Source of the DNA: a virus
Taxonomy: Duplodnaviria; Caudoviricetes
IMG/VR virus record: IMGVR_UViG_3300037087_000097
Span: 1-33,114 of that record
Direction: 5' to 3' (one strand)
DNA length: 33,114 nucleotides
Of this stretch, positions 9,390 through 17,964 are shown piece after piece. Within the stretch, counting starts at the first letter, position 1, and each line of letters starts with the position of its first letter. The notes beneath the pieces were generated by a model. That model ran no database searches, had not been told where the DNA came from, and saw nothing but the letters and a program-made list of their open reading frames with translations. The translations under genes and the position numbers were made by a program.

Positions 9390-10046
9390 TTGAGGAATAT
9401 GAATACTGAAAGATTTATTATACAAACGGTACACAGTGGAGGTACATCTATCATAACAGAATATATGATAAACGATAAATGGATTAAAGTACATCAAGAA
9501 CCACTTGGAACTAATATAGATAGCTTTGGAGAACCAGCTGAATATCATAATGATGGTATTATAGTTAGAAGAATATATTATCCAGAATCTAAGGAAAACA
9601 GTGGTATTTGGTATAAGAATAATAAACAAAAAACTAAACCATTACCACATTTTAAATCTACAACAGCTAAAGATATAATGGAGCCAGTTTATAAAAAATT
9701 AGCGGAAGCTCATTTTTATAAGAATGACATGGGTGAAATAACTGAAATACCAGAATTGACTGAATGTTTATATAGAATAGATGATGATGTAATGTATTTT
9801 AATTTTAATTGGATTCCTGAAGAAAGCAATCCAATTCCATTAAAAACAATTCTTGATTTATTACATAAACATATTGATGTCGAAATATTATTTCATGATG
9901 TAATAGGTAAAGGGATATATAAAGTGAAATTAGTAGATTTCATTTTTGAAAGAATATATGGTTTAAGAAATTATGATTGGGATGATGGTGGTCTTAAAGA
10001 ATTGGAAGTACAATATAATTTCAGAGAAGAACAAATAGTAGTTTAA
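9390..10046 (+). CDS. Diverged tail-tube paralog with ~80-aa N-terminal extension
   Basis: Internal PLPHFKSTTAKDIMEPVYKKLAEAHF aligns with the tube N-terminus MPLSHFTNVTTATDLHEPIYKNLFEVRI. HDVIG and YDWDDG align with HDREG and HDWTTG. Start may be the ATG at 9399. Confidence 0.6.
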   Translation: MRNMNTERFIIQTVHSGGTSIITEYMINDKWIKVHQEPLGTNIDSFGEPAEYHNDGIIVRRIYYPESKENSGIWYKNNKQKTKPLPHFKSTTAKDIMEPVYKKLAEAHFYKNDMGEITEIPELTECLYRIDDDVMYFNFNWIPEESNPIPLKTILDLLHKHIDVEILFHDVIGKGIYKVKLVDFIFERIYGLRNYDWDDGGLKELEVQYNFREEQIVV

Positions 10047-10063
10047 AAAATAATAACAACAAA

Positions 10064-11026
10064 ATGAACGAGGAATTTCCAAAAGTTGATAAAAACAATG
10101 ATCCTTTAACAAAGTATTTACAACAAGAAACATCACAACAGAACCCGAATCAACCAGATTCAAATATGGAAACAGATTTGAATTATGAAAACACTGATCT
10201 TTTAAGTTATTTATCCGTTGATTTAAATGCTTTACCATCTGGATTATTTTATAAGCCGGGTACAAAAATATTAATTCGTGCAGCGGAAGTACACGAAGTA
10301 CAAGCTTATTCAGCTATTATCAGTGAAAATTTAGTTGATGTTACTGAAAAGATGAATGAGATGTTATCTCGTTGTGTTCGTGTTAAATTTCCAAATGGAA
10401 TGATCGGATCTTATAAAGATATCAGGGATAATGATAGAATTTTCTTGATTTTCATGATTAGAGAATTAACATTTCAAAAGAATGTCAATTTGGCTAAGGA
10501 TGTTAAGTGTGGAGAATGTGATCACGAATTCAAAATACAATATCGTGCAACACCATCCAAAGAACATCCAAAATCATTTGTTAATTATGAAATGGATGAA
10601 AAATTGAAACCTTTCTTTGATGCTAATGAAAGAGCTTTCGTTTTCAATATCAATAAAAAGGTATGGAAATTAGCACCACCTACGATTAGTTTACAGGAAG
10701 ATTTTTATGATTATATCAGAAAGTTATCAGAAGAAAAGAAGAAACCAAATGTTGCCTTCATGAAGATAATTCCTTATACCCTTGTACATCTAAGAAAAAT
10801 TACAGAAGATGGTATAAAGGCAAAAGAAAAGGAATTTAAGGAAATGGAAATGGAAGAATTCCAATTCTTGAATCAAGCTGTCGCTAAGATGGAATTTGGT
10901 ATCAAGGAACTCAAAGCTACTTGTCCATCCTGTGGCATGGAGGTCCACAGTGAGTTTACGTTTCCCGAAGGAGCCGCAAGTATTTTCTCTATTCCAAACA
11001 TCTTTGACAAGTTTACACAAAAATAA
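10064..11026 (+). CDS. Baseplate hub subunit/assembly protein (T4 gp26-like)
   Basis: LPSG.FY......IR...V.E; D...L...IR..T; two CxxC pairs (KCGEC, TCPSC); C-terminal F..GAASIF; sits downstream of tube-like genes. Confidence 0.65.
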   Translation: MNEEFPKVDKNNDPLTKYLQQETSQQNPNQPDSNMETDLNYENTDLLSYLSVDLNALPSGLFYKPGTKILIRAAEVHEVQAYSAIISENLVDVTEKMNEMLSRCVRVKFPNGMIGSYKDIRDNDRIFLIFMIRELTFQKNVNLAKDVKCGECDHEFKIQYRATPSKEHPKSFVNYEMDEKLKPFFDANERAFVFNINKKVWKLAPPTISLQEDFYDYIRKLSEEKKKPNVAFMKIIPYTLVHLRKITEDGIKAKEKEFKEMEMEEFQFLNQAVAKMEFGIKELKATCPSCGMEVHSEFTFPEGAASIFSIPNIFDKFTQK

Positions 11027-11252
11027 ATTTGAGTTCATGTATCAAATGCGTCAATCAACAATGACCATTGATCATTGGCCTTATTATGAATACGAAGAGT
11101 ATATAAACTTTTTAAATCAACGACACGAGGAAGAAAAGAAACAAAGAGAAAAACAAGAGGGAGAACAATCAAAGGGAATGCCAAACTTTGGTAATTTATC
11201 AAATCTTACCAAAAACTTTAATCCAAGTAATTTTAAACTTCCTAAATTTTAA
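11004..11252 (+). CDS. Small baseplate-hub assembly protein (T4 gp51-like); start uncertain (TTG 11004, ATG 11037, or frameshift from upstream gene)
   Basis: SLTSLHKNKFEFMYQMRQSTMTIDHWPYYEYEEYINFLNQRHEEE follows the pattern I recall for small gp51-like proteins (SL..Y...F.LM.....S...IE.M.PWE...Y...L....EEE). It lies right after the gp26-like gene. Confidence 0.55.
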   Translation: MTSLHKNKFEFMYQMRQSTMTIDHWPYYEYEEYINFLNQRHEEEKKQREKQEGEQSKGMPNFGNLSNLTKNFNPSNFKLPKF

Positions 11253-11255
11253 AAG

Positions 11256-11283
11256 AAAAACCGAAAGAAATTTCGGTTTTTTT
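11256..11283. terminator. Bidirectional intrinsic terminator between convergent genes
   Basis: AAAAACCGAAA-gaaa-TTTCGGTTTTT perfect hairpin with A- and T-tracts on either side. Confidence 0.85.
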
Positions 11284-11284
11284 A

Positions 11285-11674
11285 TTAGAACCCTTTATTT
11301 TTTTGTTCTAACCATTTATCATAATCAACATAATGTATTTTCTTTATAAACTTTTTTGGAATTGGTTTCATTAATGCGTACCAAGTTGATGAATCTGTTC
11401 TCTTCCCCCCTTTCCATAAATAAGGATATCCAATCCAATAATCATTTTCTTTGATTGGTATCGTAAATTCTACGACAATGATATCAGTCTTATTGGTCGG
11501 TAAAGCGTGGAATAATGCACTTTCAAAATCAGTTGACATCATATACCATCCATTAGTGTCATATCCTACTTTACTTATTAATCCATTTTTTTTAATATCA
11601 TCAAGATATTTTAATGATGTACCATGATATAAAGTCAATTTGTTATCATTTATAAATTGTTCGTAGGTTTTCAT
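11285..11674 (-). CDS. Small ART-like protein with near-canonical T4-type capsid-targeting leader
   Basis: MKTYEQFIND versus T4 MKTYQEFIAE; LYHGTS.K.L..I.KNGL...YMMSTDFESA...IP..FI. Confidence 0.7.
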   Translation of the reverse strand: MKTYEQFINDNKLTLYHGTSLKYLDDIKKNGLISKVGYDTNGWYMMSTDFESALFHALPTNKTDIIVVEFTIPIKENDYWIGYPYLWKGGKRTDSSTWYALMKPIPKKFIKKIHYVDYDKWLEQKNKGF

Positions 11675-12456
11675 TGTGATATTAATTGAGCTGGGTTCGC
11701 GTCTCTTGGTGTTATATTCATTGTGTGTTTTATTTCTGGTTGAATTGGTAAAATTGGTGCCACAGGATCAACCCCCATAACCAATGGTTTATCTGATTGT
11801 TTAGAATCAGGAGCCACTGGAGATGGTTCTGATTTATCGGGAGAATCCAACATTTCATGTCTTTCTTTCACTAATCTTATTAACAAATTTTCTAACCATT
11901 TCCAAGCTTTCTTTTCGTCTGGTAAAACATCTTTGTCTTTCAGACCTTCTTTTACGAGATCTTCATCTTGATATGCTCTATAACTACCATTGTCATTTTT
12001 TACTAAAAAATTACCATTATCAACATCAGGTATTAATACCCACTTTCCATGCATATCAAACATCATATATGGTTTATTACTGGAATATTTTCTTTCAACA
12101 TCAAATACATGCTCAACTTTATGTTTACCATCATATCTTACTATACCATAATCGTGTGTGAATTCTACTCTGAAATATAATACAGGCATTTCCCAATCAC
12201 CACCGGCTTCGAAGGATTCACAATTAAATTCATATTTTATCGGTTGATCTTTTCGTAAATTCTTAGGAACTAAAATTGTTTTTTTAGTACCAGTTGTTTC
12301 ATCGTTTTCCAAATCAAAATGTATATTATAAAAATCTTGTGATTCTTTGACAATTGAACGCCATGCATTATTAATCATTGATTTATAATTAAATATTTCT
12401 TGATCTTTATCTCTACTGATAACAGATTCAAATTCTTTATATGTTGGAATCTTCAT
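11671..12456 (-). CDS. Hypothetical protein with capsid-targeting-like leader and Pro-rich C-terminus
   Basis: MKIPTYKEFES; long ORF; TAATATATA upstream at 12484-12492 (-). Confidence 0.6.
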   Translation of the reverse strand: MKIPTYKEFESVISRDKDQEIFNYKSMINNAWRSIVKESQDFYNIHFDLENDETTGTKKTILVPKNLRKDQPIKYEFNCESFEAGGDWEMPVLYFRVEFTHDYGIVRYDGKHKVEHVFDVERKYSSNKPYMMFDMHGKWVLIPDVDNGNFLVKNDNGSYRAYQDEDLVKEGLKDKDVLPDEKKAWKWLENLLIRLVKERHEMLDSPDKSEPSPVAPDSKQSDKPLVMGVDPVAPILPIQPEIKHTMNITPRDANPAQLISQ

Positions 12457-12483
12457 ATTGAATAACTTTGTTTTTTACTGATT

Positions 12484-12520
12484 TATATATTAAAAAACAG
12501 GAATCATTTTTTAATATATA
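12484..12520. promoter_or_regulatory. Back-to-back TAATATATA motifs (divergent promoters)
   Basis: TATATATTA at 12484-12492 (motif on -) and TAATATATA at 12512-12520 (+). Confidence 0.6.
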
Positions 12521-12548
12521 AGAAAAAACCGATTAACAACTTATAAAA

Positions 12549-13433
12549 ATGGTCAATCACATAGCTTTTTTTGATTTAGATGATACTTTGTGGGAAAATG
12601 AGTTAGAGGTATGGGTTATTGATAAGAACAAACCTAATAAACCCGTATTGATTTTGGCACCCATAGAGTTTGCCTTAATTAAGAAAGGTCATTATAGAAA
12701 AGATGGAATTTCGTTAGATTATAATGGTCAAAAGTTTTGGATTAGTGAGGAATTGAGTAAGAAAATTCAAAAGCGTGCAAAGACAGAAAATATGGAACGT
12801 TTTGGTGTTTCTTTCATGCCTTTGGTTGATAGGACATTATTAAATAAATCAAAAATAGAAGTACTTACCAAAAACATTGAACATCTTAGTCAGTCGACCT
12901 CTATTGATATTGGTATATTAACAGCTCGTTCAAATCAAAGAACAACATCAGATCAATTAAATAAATTGAGATTAGAACTAAAAAATATCGGGATTGAAAT
13001 AAAAAAGATTTATTTTGTCGGTGAAAGTGTAAATAAGGGTCAAAATTATATTCACAAAATTATGATTCTTCTTGAACATTTGATCGGGTTTAAAGTAAAA
13101 AACGGAAAATTTGTTTCTTTAAAACAAGATTGGTATCCACGAGTCGATTTTTATGATGATGACCCACAGAATATTCACTATGCTAATGATATTCAAAAAT
13201 TCTTTGAAGAAGTAGTAAGAAAGACGGATGATGAAATTTTTCATATAATCATGGAAAGATTAGAATCCACAAAGATAACATTGAAAAATTATCAAGTAAC
13301 TACAAATGATACGAACAGATTTATCGAATCGTCCGTTGAACTAAGGAAGCCCACAAGATTTCCAATAAAAGAATCCAGATTTATGAGATTCGAAACATTT
13401 AAAAAAAATAACAGGACAAATGAAAAGATTTAA
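12549..13433 (+). CDS. HAD-superfamily hydrolase-like protein
   Basis: Motif I FFDLDDTL, motif II ILTARS, conserved K, motif IV FYDDD..N. Confidence 0.7.
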   Translation: MVNHIAFFDLDDTLWENELEVWVIDKNKPNKPVLILAPIEFALIKKGHYRKDGISLDYNGQKFWISEELSKKIQKRAKTENMERFGVSFMPLVDRTLLNKSKIEVLTKNIEHLSQSTSIDIGILTARSNQRTTSDQLNKLRLELKNIGIEIKKIYFVGESVNKGQNYIHKIMILLEHLIGFKVKNGKFVSLKQDWYPRVDFYDDDPQNIHYANDIQKFFEEVVRKTDDEIFHIIMERLESTKITLKNYQVTTNDTNRFIESSVELRKPTRFPIKESRFMRFETFKKNNRTNEKI

Positions 13434-14031
13434 AGATTTTCTAAAAGAAGAATATCAGGAAAAAAATTTCTATGAAAAATTAGTGGAAGATCCAGATATT
13501 GTAGATGAAGTAGCTGGTGTAATTGGTTTAGCCATAGAACATTTCGAATTTAATCATGATATTAAAACAGCGGATGATTTTAGAGAACATCTATTAGATA
13601 GTATTGTTGTTGATGCAACCAGAATTCCGGGGGATTTAGATAAACAACTTGATTTGTGTATTTTTGAGGAGAATGAGGGAGGTGGTAAATGTCCTGAAAC
13701 ATCATGGGATGAATTATCTGGAGTTATATCCAAACATGCAGTGAATGGAGAATCAATAATAGCTGATCAGTACGCTAATCGAATTGCTGATGAATTTATA
13801 GAATTTATGACATCGAATAAACTTTCAGACTATACTCAGATTAGTTGGAAAGATACATATGATTATGCCGCTCCTAAAAAAGTTAGATCCTTAAAGAATG
13901 GTGAAATTCAAGAATTTAGAAATCTTGATGGAAGTTTCAATGTAGACCAATATACTTTTAGTAGTTCTATATTGGATAAAATTGATCTCTATGTTAGAAA
14001 AATTTTACCAGAAACAACATCAAAGAAATAA
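13420..14031 (+). CDS. Acidic hypothetical protein with capsid-targeting-like leader
   Basis: MKRFKDFLKEE leader; 203-aa ORF overlapping the upstream gene end. Confidence 0.6.
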   Translation: MKRFKDFLKEEYQEKNFYEKLVEDPDIVDEVAGVIGLAIEHFEFNHDIKTADDFREHLLDSIVVDATRIPGDLDKQLDLCIFEENEGGGKCPETSWDELSGVISKHAVNGESIIADQYANRIADEFIEFMTSNKLSDYTQISWKDTYDYAAPKKVRSLKNGEIQEFRNLDGSFNVDQYTFSSSILDKIDLYVRKILPETTSKK

Positions 14032-14391
14032 TTAGTTTTTAAAATTATTATCTTTCATGAATTTTTTGAATTCCTTTTCTGTACCAATGAAGTTTCTGTA
14101 ATGACCATTGTTCATTGTGCGTTCAACATGATCAGAACAATCATTTTCTTCCCAACCTTTCATTTTCATGATGGTGATAACAGATCTTAGTTTTTCTAAT
14201 CTGTTTATTTCATTCTGAGAAAAAATGATTTCATTTTTGTGATTTTCAATGTGCCATCTCCAAGGATCAGATTCATCATATGTAGCTATTTTTGGTTTTT
14301 CGGATGGACTCAATAATTCGGAAATACTTATAGAAATGAAATTTCTCATTTCTTCTTCTGGTAATCCCTTGTGAATTTCGTTGTCTTTCAT
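14032..14391 (-). CDS. Hypothetical protein
   Basis: 119-aa ORF in a tightly packed minus-strand operon (ATGA overlap). Confidence 0.6.
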   Translation of the reverse strand: MKDNEIHKGLPEEEMRNFISISISELLSPSEKPKIATYDESDPWRWHIENHKNEIIFSQNEINRLEKLRSVITIMKMKGWEENDCSDHVERTMNNGHYRNFIGTEKEFKKFMKDNNFKN

Positions 14392-14582
14392 GACTTATGT
14401 TGTATTAAATATTGGGTTAAACTTTCAGTACAGTTATATTCATCAGGATCATCTTCATAAACACGATGAAAGTTTCGTATCATTTTTTCCACTCCATCAA
14501 AATGTTCTTTTGATATACACGAGTCAATAACACTTTTTATTTTATCAGAAGCTGTGAATATATCTACTCTTTCTTTTACCAT
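14388..14582 (-). CDS. Small hypothetical protein
   Basis: 64-aa ORF coupled to both neighbours. Confidence 0.55.
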   Translation of the reverse strand: MVKERVDIFTASDKIKSVIDSCISKEHFDGVEKMIRNFHRVYEDDPDEYNCTESLTQYLIQHKS

Positions 14583-15151
14583 TATGCTAATTTTTTACCA
14601 AGAATCAATCCTTTCAATTTGGCGTTTTGCTCACCCCCCACAAGTCGAACCCATCTCTTATAAAGCTTATTTACAGTTGAGTTGAATTTATTGTAATATG
14701 GTGGAACACCTTTTTGGAGAATGCCCAGTTCAATCGAATCGAAACTGTGTTTAGAAACAGCCCATTTTTCAAAAGGAGGAAAGTTTTCCCAATCAAATAC
14801 TTTGTTATCACAGATAAAACAAAGGGCAGAAAGGGAATCATTTAAATTAGGTTCATGAAACGATGAATGTTGAATATTATGCTCCAGTAAATATTGTTCA
14901 TATATTTCCATTGATCCCCATTTGGTTTGATCGGTGTAAGGAGTAGTACTTGGTATGACCAATCCACTATTAGATGTGCCACCATTGAGGATAATCCAAG
15001 TTTTGTGTTTTCTGTATTCTTTATATAGTTCACTCTGACCGAACTTATCAGCGTATTCTTCTACACAATGTCCAGCCTGTATTCCTTGTTGAATGGGACT
15101 CAGGTTATACATCACAAAAAAATACATTCTTAATTCTCTTTTTTCTTCCAT
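14582..15151 (-). CDS. Peptidyl-tRNA hydrolase Pth2-like protein
   Basis: RMYFFV..NLS..Q.GIQAGH, K..IIL.GG and F.EP.LND...A.CF fit the Pth2-like fold found in large phages. Confidence 0.65.
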   Translation of the reverse strand: MEEKRELRMYFFVMYNLSPIQQGIQAGHCVEEYADKFGQSELYKEYRKHKTWIILNGGTSNSGLVIPSTTPYTDQTKWGSMEIYEQYLLEHNIQHSSFHEPNLNDSLSALCFICDNKVFDWENFPPFEKWAVSKHSFDSIELGILQKGVPPYYNKFNSTVNKLYKRWVRLVGGEQNAKLKGLILGKKLA

Positions 15152-15163
15152 TTCAATAATTTT

Positions 15164-15781
15164 TTAATCACCAATTCGACCAACAATCATACAATTTCCA
15201 ATTCTGGACGCCCTCATAGTACCTTTAGAATGTCTATCAAGTAACATACGACAAGTGCTCGAATCGAATTTTTGACATTCAAACCCACCCGAAGCCATTG
15301 ACAAGAATATACAACAATCTTTTTCACCCGGCTTACAAATTGTTTTCACATCATCATCTGGAATTTTACATGAATTCCCCCTCGTGTAATTGATCTCATA
15401 AACTTTTTCATCGGGGTCATGAATTATCGAGATAAAGTTATCTTCAATTTCGACAATGACATTCATTCCGTTTAATCTCTGAAAATATTCAGGGAGATAC
15501 GCACAAAGATTTGACATTCCAAATCCGTCAATTTTTTCTAAAAGAATAAGTAAAGTCCTATCTTCACCCACTCCCTCTGATTCATAACGGAGTTTATTTT
15601 CGGATTCAGCATCTTCTTTTACCGTCAAATTATTCATTCCACTTATCATGGACGATTTTTTTCCGTTGAGATTCATCATTAAATTGCTGTAATGATCCCA
15701 AAGGTTTATTTCACCATCATCAGTAAAAAGTTTGATGGGGTCAAATAAACTAAGAAATTCCAATTTTCCTTTTAATGTCAT
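15164..15781 (-). CDS. Hypothetical protein with Cys-rich C-terminal domain
   Basis: C-terminal CK.G..DCC.FL......FEC.K....C......M.A.R..NC. Confidence 0.6.
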   Translation of the reverse strand: MTLKGKLEFLSLFDPIKLFTDDGEINLWDHYSNLMMNLNGKKSSMISGMNNLTVKEDAESENKLRYESEGVGEDRTLLILLEKIDGFGMSNLCAYLPEYFQRLNGMNVIVEIEDNFISIIHDPDEKVYEINYTRGNSCKIPDDDVKTICKPGEKDCCIFLSMASGGFECQKFDSSTCRMLLDRHSKGTMRASRIGNCMIVGRIGD

Positions 15782-15788
15782 TTTATGA

Positions 15789-16934
15789 TTAATTTAATTG
15801 TAAATTTTTTTCAAATGATTCCCTGAGTTTAATAAGATATTCAACACATTTCTCCCATCCCCACGCGTGAATAGAATCAGAGTTTTTTGTTACATCTTGA
15901 TCAGAAAAGATTGCTAAACCATTAACTTCCCCGATTTTTGACCAATCAATATTGATAACTCTTTTTCTCCAACCAATTTTGATAATACCCCATTTTGTTT
16001 TCACATCAAACCAGTTGGAACATATTGTACAATCTGGATCGTTACAATATTCATTCGGAATGGGGAAAAATTTTGTCATAGAAAATCCAGCCTTTTCGAA
16101 ACATTCTTGGAATCTTTCGAGTTCTTTTTCGTACAAAAATTTTCTGTTACAATCTTTATGAAAACATTCAACAACTTGAAAATTAACTTCATCTCCCTCT
16201 TGTAAAATGTAGTTTTCATCTATCTTATCTTTATAATATCCACCTGAATTTATTTTTAATGTCGGATATTTCGGATCTGGGTTATTGTTTATCCATTTGG
16301 GGTTGTTTATACCTCTATCTGTCATTGGATAATAAACAGCGTTTGTTTTCATTTCGAAGAATTTCCAGAAATTTTTGAGTGGTTGACCAACGAAGTCATA
16401 CAATACATCACCATGTAAATCCTTTTCTTTTATTGGATAAGACTTCCAAGTTGAATTATGATGTAAACAATCATCCACATTATTTATGTCCCATCCTTTA
16501 CCACAATATGGACAATGTGTATTTTTATCTGGAAGTGATGCTCCCATTGAACGAGTAACACCTATTCCATAAGGTCTACCCGATTCGTGGAGTTTGGATA
16601 TTTCATCCCAATTTAATTTTTTATGTTCTTCTGGAGTAATCGCGTTGATTTTTTCGTTATATCTACACATTAAGTTACTGAATTCTTCATCAGTCATTAC
16701 AAGAGGAATATCGAAGAATTTTTTGAGTTCATCCAATCCCTGTGTAACTTTACTGATTTGTCCAAATTGATCAATCCAATATCTACCATTTAGGATGTAA
16801 AAATTTCCAAGATAATTTTCTCCTTTTGTCTTTCTGATATCTCTACGAATATCTAAAAGTTCCATGAAATCATCAAAGTTTCCTAAATGATTTTCGATGA
16901 ATTTTTTTTCGAAATCAATATTATATATTTTCAT
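15789..16934 (-). CDS. Hypothetical protein (possible Zn-binding)
   Basis: 381-aa ORF; CPYC...H..C, NEYC...C..C; C-terminal IKIGWRKRVINIDW. Confidence 0.6.
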   Translation of the reverse strand: MKIYNIDFEKKFIENHLGNFDDFMELLDIRRDIRKTKGENYLGNFYILNGRYWIDQFGQISKVTQGLDELKKFFDIPLVMTDEEFSNLMCRYNEKINAITPEEHKKLNWDEISKLHESGRPYGIGVTRSMGASLPDKNTHCPYCGKGWDINNVDDCLHHNSTWKSYPIKEKDLHGDVLYDFVGQPLKNFWKFFEMKTNAVYYPMTDRGINNPKWINNNPDPKYPTLKINSGGYYKDKIDENYILQEGDEVNFQVVECFHKDCNRKFLYEKELERFQECFEKAGFSMTKFFPIPNEYCNDPDCTICSNWFDVKTKWGIIKIGWRKRVINIDWSKIGEVNGLAIFSDQDVTKNSDSIHAWGWEKCVEYLIKLRESFEKNLQLN

Positions 16935-17185
16935 ATGAAAAGTTTTTTGATTCGTTTAAATATATTCTTTTCTTTTGATTTGGGTGGATTATCTTCCTTA
17001 TACCATTTCTCAAGAACTTCATCCATCTGAGTACTATCAGCGTTGGTTTCGAAAGAAACACAAATACTATATTTATCACCCATTTTAAATGGATTTTGAA
17101 GAAATCTGGCTGATTTTATAGAACGAATATGTTTTTTACATTCATTCAATCTTTCTTCTTTTATGTAAAACTGATGGGTGATCAT
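16931..17185 (-). CDS. Hypothetical protein
   Basis: 84-aa ORF with ATGA overlap into the next gene. Confidence 0.55.
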   Translation of the reverse strand: MITHQFYIKEERLNECKKHIRSIKSARFLQNPFKMGDKYSICVSFETNADSTQMDEVLEKWYKEDNPPKSKEKNIFKRIKKLFI

Positions 17186-17195
17186 ATTCTATTTT

Positions 17196-17570
17196 TTATA
17201 ATTGTTGAACACCCAAAAGTGGGTATACTCTTTTCATTGTATCAGAATATCTTGGAGGCCAAACCAAATTATCACCGCTTTCTAATTGAAAAACGATGTG
17301 TTGAGTAATTAATCCCGGATTTTCAACATGGGCTGATATAAGTTTCCAACATTCGAAATTCAAAGGGGAAGTATCACCATAACTGAAAATCAATGGTACG
17401 AGTTTACCATAATGTTTTCTCATGAAAGCGACCGCTTCTTTTCCAAAGAGAAATGGATTGTGATTCCTGAAATCAAAGAAAACTTCACGGTGAGTAATAA
17501 CCGTCAAATCTTTCTGTTGATGTTCACTTTTTTCACGAAGTTCTTTTAATCGTTTTCTGTATGTTTTCAT
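17196..17570 (-). CDS. Hypothetical protein (likely start MKTYRKRL at 17570)
   Basis: The ATG lies inside the 33-bp repeat shared with the upstream gene. Confidence 0.55.
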   Translation of the reverse strand: MKTYRKRLKELREKSEHQQKDLTVITHREVFFDFRNHNPFLFGKEAVAFMRKHYGKLVPLIFSYGDTSPLNFECWKLISAHVENPGLITQHIVFQLESGDNLVWPPRYSDTMKRVYPLLGVQQL

Positions 17571-17964
17571 TTTGGCTGTTTTGAATACCAATCAAATTTG
17601 TTGAATCATAATGATACAACTTCATATGGTTGACAATTTTTTATTTTATCTAAGTGATTTCTGTAAATATTAATTTCATCAGTACACATTTTTATAACAA
17701 GTGGTTTTGATTCTTCTTTAACATGGGACTTAGATGTGGATAATAAACTCATTTCCACCACACGAGCTTCAATTTGATTCTCATCTTCACGAATCTTTAA
17801 TTGTCGAATTTCTTCAAGAATAAAAGCTCTAAATTCATCTAAACTATTAGATTCTTCACTCTTTTTGATAACATATTCTAAATTTTCTAATCGTGAAATT
17901 TCAGAATCCGTCAATTTCATCATGTATCTGTTTTTCATTTTGGTTGTTTTGAATACCAATCAAA
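17564..17964. repeat. 33-bp direct repeat pair (17564-17596 and 17932-17964) flanking one gene
   Basis: TTTTCATTTTGG(C/T)TGTTTTGAATACCAATCAAA with one mismatch; each copy holds a minus-strand start codon. Confidence 0.9.
17606..17938 (-). CDS. Hypothetical protein (likely start MKNRYMMK at 17938)
   Basis: ATGA overlap with the stop of the nucleotidyltransferase gene. Confidence 0.55.
   Translation of the reverse strand: MKNRYMMKLTDSEISRLENLEYVIKKSEESNSLDEFRAFILEEIRQLKIREDENQIEARVVEMSLLSTSKSHVKEESKPLVIKMCTDEINIYRNHLDKIKNCQPYEVVSL

Noticed and set aside
17196-17570. MKTYRKRLKE as another capsid-targeting leader
   Set aside because: It lacks the second aromatic residue, lies in the early-type operon with no TAATATATA, and its first bases are set by the 33-bp repeat.
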